A DNA stretch of 64,000 bases from Lepidodermella squamata. Lineage: Eukaryota; Animalia; Gastrotricha. The stretch is taken from contig JBLDXI010000042.1 of assembly GCA_047495785.1 (NCBI GenBank), positions 1,984,001-2,048,000 on the forward strand, in the 5' to 3' direction. This document shows, in pieces, positions 57,401 through 64,000 of this stretch (position 1 is the stretch's first letter; every line of letters begins with the position of its first letter). The position numbers were made by a program, and so were the translations under genes. Under the pieces are notes generated by a model. It was not told where the DNA came from. It was given only the letters and a program-made list of their open reading frames with translations, and made no database searches.

Positions 57401-59036
57401 CGCTCATGACGCGTTTCCATTTTTCCCAGAACATACGGAATGCGCTCCAAGCCCCTGCATGGAATCAATGATGGCCAAATTGAAGATGCCTAATCCAGAT
57501 AATGGACCTAAGCTAACTCAGAATTTATGCCACAAGACGAACTACGTGGTTCATTATAGGAATCTGAAGCAAGCTCTGGAGGCAGGCCTGATTTTGACGA
57601 AAGTCCACAAAGTTCTCCGCTTTAGACAGTCCAAATGGTTGGAGTCCTATATCGACTTGAACACATCGATGAGGAAGAACGCGAAAACGGACTTTGACAA
57701 GGACTTTTACAAGCTGATGAACAATTCGATCTTTGGAAAGACATGTGAAAATGTCAAAAAGCGGATTGACATCAAGCTGGCGACAAGCCCATGCGAGCTG
57801 CAAAAGCTGATTAACAGACCGAATTTTAAAAATGCGACTAGGGTTAGTGAGAGCTTATACTCAGTAGACATGGCTAGAACCTCCATACTTTACGATAAGC
57901 CCATAATTGTCGGAGCCTGTATTTTAGAATTGAGTAAGCTTTTGATGTATGATTTTCACTATAAAGTAATTAAAGCCCAATACGGAGACAAGGCCAAATT
58001 ATTATTCTTTGACACAGATTCGCTTTGTTACCACATCGAAACCGACGATATATACGCGGACATGGAAAATTGGAAAGAACATCTCGATTGCTCGGCGTAC
58101 CCGTTGAACCATAGGCTGCATTCCATGGAAAACAATAAGGTAATTGGGAAATTCAAGGACGTGTCGACCGGAGTGATTGAAGTAACGGGTGCAGATGGCG
58201 CGAAAAGGCCAGAAAATATTCTGGAACAAATCACTGAATTCGTCGGCCATCGTTCAAAATCGCTAGCGTTTACTACGGAGGTTGTCAGCGCTGTTTCTGT
58301 TGAAAGGAACTCACCCAACCAAGTAGTAAAAGCCAAAGGAGTTGTTAAGCATTGTATCGGAAATATAATTAATTTTCAAAACTATAAGAGTTCCTTATTA
58401 AACAGTGAAATTGAAAGGGTTCGGTTTCGGCAAATTCGATCCGTGAATCACGAGTTATACAGCATTCAAAGTACCAAAGTTGCCCTTTGTCCTTATGACG
58501 ATAAAAGGTGGGTTAAAGCTGACGGGTTCACGTCATTCGCCCACGGCCATTTCCGGATAGCCAAGGAGCATGAACAATTTAGGGTGGATCAGCTTGGTAA
58601 GAAATTGGACACGTTGAAGTCCTTATCGAGTGAATGCCAATATTCACGCATCAAATTGAAAAATATTTTATACAATAATGTGAGTAAAGAAAAATGTACG
58701 GACATAGCTTCATTTTGCCGAACTTTCGATGAAACTTTTAGAAAGGTTGGGCACGAACTCGAAGAATTAGACAATTTATGGTTTCAAGTAGGACAACGCC
58801 CCTCTAAATATTTACCGCAAGCGCATATCAAAGCCGACATTAAAGACACGCAGGTACTTGAAACTTGGCTGAAGAATAAATCAATCCATGACCCTTCTTT
58901 GGCGTGCTTGTTTCACGAGGGCATATTTCCGAGAAGGGTTCCTCAAAGGTCTATACATGGATCATCTTTGAAAGAGCCACACTCGATAATTGCGAATCGG
59001 GCACATACCCGGATAAGAGCTCGTGTCTCGAAGTAA
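54498..59036 (+). CDS. polB: Protein-primed family B DNA polymerase with EndoVII insert, uninterrupted frame
   Basis: YCDIE, RDHDHLTG.FRG.AH..CN, LDANNLYG, KLMNNSIFGK, FDTDS, DDKRW; no ATG at the homologous N-terminus. Confidence 0.95.
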   Translation: MAPHRQIIVNGTAFTKFLSQNYYYDKRRKVLKEGVKLPDGSVIPVDSPKLRRMLKTGSYFHDRQNRKLMEYANNNTIGTVFDPENGAEILTGSQRYEEIKKNNYVLKGRGFVQIPVRRAESVINPTTSRPIKIGGAAFNRLIRAGYIYIASMNSFEKSDYVRQLRPDDFGTFVEVTSMLKLLPIVQGFDYLKYTSVIRPKVIDEYRRQLNSLGPVKVVLHAEVEFIHKITRKCITIFKWSSSSNAAPLVTNAADIPDVVDGLFSMLADGIRDFEERGSQFVFNKMVDTDVNTFRYHPTAGGSYIPTPDYIKRKHAVVNVKNSDDKCIIWSILACRYPPKDHVDRVSNYRWCLNSVQYDGIDFPIKYEDIEKLEDSNVLNLNIIEYDDEKRTFSPFYISKRSYHEEINLLRTTDNEKAHYSWIKNPSALFASTNKNEHARFWCFKCFTSFTSEEVRQNHILDNKCVGFEKNIRVHFPKSNTIKFNNVYKQLRLPFAFYCDIECFLVDINKNHGTNSIAYQHHRANSFGCYFKSDIASLPSKCQSFENCASFLEYLLSKTTHLIKFLTSTNVPMNLSETEERSFRSASICHICSCPVSEDEKVRDHDHLTGRFRGAAHNSCNLEYSYKKTAIPVIFHNLKGYDSHLILKSLGEVLVEFNKGRLTKNLKPLKINIIAQSSEKFIGFSVGRLRFIDSFNFMSTGLDQMIENLKKSGGKFEHLNSNFSEFTDEQRCLLLKKGVYPYDYMNSPRRFQETKLPAKEHFSSKLKSNSLVTDDIGRIEDAPVPISDEEYNHAKNVWDKLKCKTMKDYHDAYLKTDVLLLADCFENFRSISMKSYSLDPAHFFTTPGLTWDAGKKYTKASIGILNDNEMLEFVEKSVRGGISGVVLRHAKANNPYMKNYDKTMPKSYITCLDANNLYGWAASQMLPIGDFAFVDASVFTQDYILRLSDEAEFGYMLSIDAMYPRRLHDAHDAFPFFPEHTECAPSPCMESMMAKLKMPNPDNGPKLTQNLCHKTNYVVHYRNLKQALEAGLILTKVHKVLRFRQSKWLESYIDLNTSMRKNAKTDFDKDFYKLMNNSIFGKTCENVKKRIDIKLATSPCELQKLINRPNFKNATRVSESLYSVDMARTSILYDKPIIVGACILELSKLLMYDFHYKVIKAQYGDKAKLLFFDTDSLCYHIETDDIYADMENWKEHLDCSAYPLNHRLHSMENNKVIGKFKDVSTGVIEVTGADGAKRPENILEQITEFVGHRSKSLAFTTEVVSAVSVERNSPNQVVKAKGVVKHCIGNIINFQNYKSSLLNSEIERVRFRQIRSVNHELYSIQSTKVALCPYDDKRWVKADGFTSFAHGHFRIAKEHEQFRVDQLGKKLDTLKSLSSECQYSRIKLKNILYNNVSKEKCTDIASFCRTFDETFRKVGHELEELDNLWFQVGQRPSKYLPQAHIKADIKDTQVLETWLKNKSIHDPSLACLFHEGIFPRRVPQRSIHGSSLKEPHSIIANRAHTRIRARVSK

Positions 59037-59871
59037 AATATCGCGGGGTAGAAGTACACAGTACCTTCCATCATCCGACTGTTTCGCCGGCATGAAAACA
59101 ATGTATATAGATCAATGTGTTCTAAGCCAAAAGTTTCAAGAGTCTGATTTTGGAGGCTATGACCGATGTGCTATGCTATGACCGGCGATGTCTCCGCAGT
59201 GTATTCAACAGCCTTCGTTGACTGATAGTCATTAATCTAGGTATCTAGGTGTGGGGCTTGTTTGTAGCCACCAAAAACGCATGAAACCTCTGAAAAAGCT
59301 TAAAAAGCTCCGGAGTCTGCATTCGGACTTCACAAATCATTTCATCCACCATATCGCGTCGATACTAAATGTAAAACCGGCTATGAAAATGCATGATGTG
59401 TTTAACCCAGCTGCTTTCAAATTATAAAATTGAATTTCCCGCCTGAATATATCATGCGGCAAAATTCGAAAATTTGAATTTCCCGCCAAAACATAGCATG
59501 CGGCAAAATTCACAAAATTCACAAATTTAAATGAAAAAAGATTCGGCGATTTCTAATACAAGCTAAACATTTAATTTAATTCATTGCTAATTAGTTTAGG
59601 TGATCAGTTCACTATTTTTAAGTTTTTTGATGACCTTGACCGAACCACGCTACAGACGCAGCACGTGCAGGAAAAGCTTCATTTTTCTCCTTTCTTTGAA
59701 TCTGTTTTCTCCTGTTTTCGCTTCTCTTCTCTTTTGTCAGTTATTTTCATCATATCATATTTTGTAATGTTTTATAAATGAATTTTATTTGGCATCCTTG
59801 CCTATTGCAATAATTTCCCTCCCCCTCCCCCGTTTCGTCGTCTTTTATTTTTATTTGGATTATTTTCATTG

Positions 59872-60850
59872 ATGTCGGAAAAACTTAAGGTGAAAGCACA
59901 CGAGTACCATTATTTGAAAGGATGGGTGGAAGAAAGAAATAATAAGGCGAAGAAATGGTCTGCCTTCCGAGACAAAATGATAGATCAATTAAACGAAAAG
60001 TATGTTTCGAATCAATTTTTTTAGTCCTGTTTTTTTCATAATTTCTCTCCTAGTATCGATTATTGCCAACTCGAACTAGATAAAAACCCCGATCGACATG
60101 CCGTCGATAAACTTGAAATAGTTCAGCATAAATGCAAACAATTAATTCGTGAAGCTGAGAGTCTTCCTACACTTCAGGAGGAATTACCCGACAAGCCACG
60201 GATCACGCTCACAGAACACAACCGCAAGAAAAGAACCGATAATCCTGTCGATCAGATACATGAAGACACACTGATGCAGGTCTGTTACTTTTCTAATAAT
60301 TCATGTCATGATAAAAACAATTGTTTTTCCCCAGGGACCTGATGGATCGTACTATCCGATTTCCACTGATAAGCAACTCTTAAATTTTCTTAAAAAATGC
60401 AAATATGACCTAAATCATCTAGCTACTGCAAACACTCCTGAAAATATCAATCTACCTGCTTTATCTGAAGATAAACTGATCGATAAAGCAGGTGAATACG
60501 TAAAACGCTTAAAGAATTGAAAATCTGACAAGTTAGCTCAATTTGGGTGAATGCCTTGAATTAATTAAAAATAAGTACGTGAAGAAAAATTATAATGATA
60601 GAGGTTTTATTCCATATGTTAGCAAGTGTATCTCCTATAGTGAACAATGGACTCGTAGGGTTATACAATTCTATAGAGACTTTCAAAATTATCCTAACGT
60701 TGTTTACCTTCAGCTGTCTATTTCTAAAATTATAAAATTGAGCATTCGTCTTTGTGAGCTCTTTGCGAAAAACGAGGACTTCATTAAATTTTATGAAGAA
60801 CTAAGTGAAATCGAAGATCGAATTTCGCGAACAAGAATTGTAATACTTAT
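59872..60850 (+). pseudogene. Intron-containing hypothetical gene, disrupted near 60520
   Basis: GT-AG introns ~60000-60053 and ~60280-60334 join open exons; TGA and a frame change follow. Confidence 0.4.
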
Positions 60851-61247
60851 CTTTATTCGTTTCTCCTATCGCCTAAAATGTATTAATTATCTTAATTATC
60901 TTAATTACTCTAGTTTATCGTTAATTTTGTTTTTCATTCACCTAGCGATGTTCGCTGATTTCATTTTGATGAAAAAAACATTGTTAATTGATGAGCAGTG
61001 TTGAAGTTCTGATTCCTAATTTTTCTCTCTTCGAATCCTCCCCAATGTTATCGTGTGCTTTCACCTTATGGTTTTTCCGACATCTTGTTTGAATGAAGAG
61101 AAGAGCGAAGTAATAAAATTCAGAGTCAATGGGGCAATTGATCGTACGTTCTTTATTATAACGTTTGTTATCCTAATTATATTTTATTTACTATAATTGT
61201 CACTAAGGTAGCGAAAATTATTATAACGTTGGGCTAATTTTCAGATA

Positions 61248-61858
61248 CCGTATTTCTCGAAAATTTACCGCGGGCTATATTTATGAACAAATGATTTTTG
61301 ATTCGGGTTGTATTAGGGAGTGGGGATATATACGGGTGTGCTGTTTAATTGCGAATCATCACAAAAAGCCGCGAGCAATTCGTATTAAGACGACGTTTTT
61401 AGATTGTTTTATTTGTCGATTCAGTGAAAATGCGAGGGAATACTTGCGGTGCCGCTTTCGCTTGTCTTCTTCGGACACCTGGACGGAATCTTGAAGACGA
61501 TCAGGAGAGCCAGCCATCATCGATTCCAGAAGGTTAAAACGATTAAGAAGGATATGAAAATGTTAAAATAAAACTCTGTGTCTCAGCTAGTGAATGCTGA
61601 ATGGGCATTTTCTGCTGGCTTATGAATGGTGCCAAGATCAGACGTTGCGAAGCTGCTTACGCGATAGCTAATCACTGATTACGATAATGCGTCATTAATA
61701 AGGCTTTTCTTTTGTTCCAACGCATGCTTCGCCCAAATTAAAATAGCTGTGGTACAATTTCGAGGCCTGGGTTAAATATGAACAAACGATTTTTTCGTCG
61801 GGTTGTATTAGGGAGCGGGGATATATACAGGTGTGTCGTATATTTTCGAGAAATACGG
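61248..61858. mobile_element. pogo/Tigger-like MITE
   Basis: TIR CCGTATTTCTCGAAAAT / ATTTTCGAGAAATACGG, TA on both sides, internal ~58 bp direct repeat (61282, 61777). Confidence 0.85.
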
Positions 61859-62026
61859 TAATTTAAGTTTAATTTTAATTTTTTATCGATGTCTGCAATT
61901 TATCAGTAGGCGATTACGCAAATCGCTATGTAAATTACGTCACAATCGCAAGCCGGGACGTCATTGTTCGAATTTTTCAAATTTGAAGTTCGAAATTGCT
62001 GATTTTCTCATTATCAGACAGTCGAA

Positions 62027-63162
62027 ATGCCTGTTTTCAATCAGGAACGCGTCATCCGTGACCGTTCCAATCCTTTCACGGCTTTCAGCGAAAATCAGTT
62101 TTTTCTACGCTATCGTTTTACAAAGAAGTCAGTTAAGAAGATTCACAGGCTCATTAAACGGGATTTGGTACGCCGCCGGACTAACCGGAATAAATCAATT
62201 TCGACAATGCTTCAGGTACTGATCACACTGCGATATTTCGCTACTGGTGGTTTCCAACGTGTGATAGGTATGACGTCCCTATTCGGCAAAATTTTTTATT
62301 TCCTCTGATGAATATAGGAGATATTCACGGTGTTGATCATACTAGTGTCTGCAAAATTGTTCATCTCGTGGCTGAGGCACTCGCCAGGAAGCTGGACAAA
62401 TTCGTAGTTATGCCTCGAAACAATCAAGAAGTGCGTGAAATAGCTGCGAGTTTCTACGAATATGGTGGCTTTCCGAATTGTCTGGGCGCAGTTGATTGCT
62501 CCTTGATCAAAATTCAAAAACAGTCGCATCTCCCTGACCCCGATGTTTTTTGGTGTAGAAAAAGTATTTCTTTGATTAGTGAAATCGAGAAGTTTCTAAG
62601 GAGTTTTGTTTCAGAATATTACGCTCTCAATGTCCAAGTAGTCTGCGATTTCGAGGGCCGGATTAGGGACATAGTTGTCCGTTGGCCGGGCAGTGTTCAT
62701 GACTCGACGATTTACAAGTCTTCGCAGGTGAAAAAGAAACTGCAATGTGCGCCACGCTTCAATGGATACCACCTTATAGCCGACAAGGGTTACCAAGTCG
62801 CTCCCGAGCTGCTGACCCCTCTCAGAAATCCTACAACCGACGCAGAGTTGGACTACAACCGGTCGCTAAGTCGTTGTCGTGCTGTTATTGAACGTCTTTT
62901 CGGCATTTTGAAGAGCCGTTTTCGCTGTCTACAAAGCGTAGACAATCGCCTCAGATTTCGAGCCGATCGCTGTGCTAATGTCATCCTCGCATGCGCTGTC
63001 TTACACAACATTGCAATCAATCTGCGCAAACCGCCGATCCTGGGCGATAATGAAATTGAAGATGAAGTCGAGGCGCCGGAAGCTCATGATCAAGACGAAT
63101 ACCTGGCTATGACACTGGGAGAACGAATTCGCCGCAGTATTGTTGATCGATACTTCACGTGA
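62027..63162 (+). CDS. PIF/Harbinger transposase; introns 62268-62317 and 62564-62614
   Basis: LRYFATG, GAVDCS, spliced CRKKYYALNVQVVCD, WPGSVHDS, ADKGY, IERLFGILKSRFRCL, CAVLHN. Confidence 0.92.
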
Positions 63163-63359
63163 CTATAACCTATTAATGCTTTTTTGAATCGAAAATAAGC
63201 TTGCAAGAATTGATAATGGTTTATTTCAAATTCGGCTTGCCTAGCTACTAAACTAATAATGGTCGACCTTCTAGTTCTATCACAACTAAATGTATCATGA
63301 AAAGTGAAAAATAAGAAAGTCATTGTTCGTTGAATGTCAATCAATGGATTCAGCCATGT

Positions 63360-64000
63360 TCAATCGTACTTTTCGAACGGGTTCTGTTCGGAAGAGTTGA
63401 GTGAAGAAGTAAGCAGGGTGGAGGTTGATCCAGTCGCCTTCTTGTGCTTGAGCTCCTCCAGTTGTTCTCGGAGAATCGCATTTTCGAGTTCAGCTTTTTC
63501 GACGGCGAGCGACTGGAGCTTAGCTTTCTTCTCAGCAACAGTTTCGCGGCGATTCTTAGTCGATGAGGCATGGCCGCTGGTGCCGGCAACATCGGACCCA
63601 TTGTCGTCGTCATCGCCATCGGGATCTGAACCATCGAATTCGTCAGCATCTTCCTCCGAGAGGTCGAACTCGCCGCCATCATCTTCTTCATCGCTCAGGG
63701 CATCGGAATCGCGAATACCTGAGAAACAAGAATAGTTAGTTAAAAAAATGCTTATATTATCAGCACTTAACCTCGCAGGCCTCGGAGTCCAGTCGGTGAA
63801 ATTCGCTTCACATCGTTCAAAATCAGATACTCGTATGTTTCGAAAGCGTGCGGCAACGCATCATCCAGCGATTCCTCGCGGATCTTCTCGCGAATCTTCA
63901 GCACGATTCGGTTCCATAAATTTTTCAGTTCCTCGAGAGTGTGCGGCGGCTGGCGGTTGCCGCGCTTCTTCGCATATTCGCGAGCAATTGTCTTCCAAAC
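63360..64000 (-). CDS. Myb/SANT-like Harbinger partner protein, 3' part
   Basis: VWKTIA...TLEELKNLWNRI, intron ~63719-63772, acidic then coiled-coil exon; convergent with the transposase. Confidence 0.7.

Larger units (their letters stand above)
41490..59100. mobile_element. Polinton/Maverick element C (same family as A); termini not identified
   Basis: Protease, MCP, penton, ATPase, PLA2-integrase and pPolB; intronless; boundaries approximate. Confidence 0.9.

Noticed and set aside
55239-58774. Antisense and alternative-frame ORFs within pPolB (and similar ones within other core genes)
   Set aside because: Shadows of long coding frames, not conserved between A and C
59036-59650. Right TIR of element C
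   Set aside because: No inverted match to 40.9-43.3 kb was found by eye

Overview
Invertebrate-animal-type genomic DNA (short GT-AG introns, a nuclear-receptor gene) containing three Polinton/Maverick (adintovirus-like) elements. Element B (12274-31089) is complete, with 74-75 bp AGTAGT...ACTACT terminal inverted repeats and a perfect 6-bp CATGAT target duplication. Its genes look fragmented in the ORF track but are intact and split by 24 short spliceosomal introns, 15 of them in pPolB and one inside the catalytic YTDTD Asp codon. B also carries a TBP homologue, a tandem PC4-like protein, an ankyrin protein, and clustered CSL- and E2F-type motifs at its ends. Elements A (<1 to ~11.9 kb) and C (~41.5-59.1 kb) are a second, intronless family: EndoVII-containing pPolB with NCLDV-like N-terminal repeats, a parvovirus-type PLA2 fused to the integrase, a VLTF3-like gene (seen in C), and a TCTA motif 12-17 nt upstream of most virion genes, resembling the CroV/mavirus late promoter. 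The rest of the window holds a two-zinc-finger-module nuclear receptor gene, tRNA-like Pol III units, MITEs, a mariner remnant and a Harbinger transposase with its Myb partner. All calls are by-eye motif recognition and manual splicing; no database searches were run.
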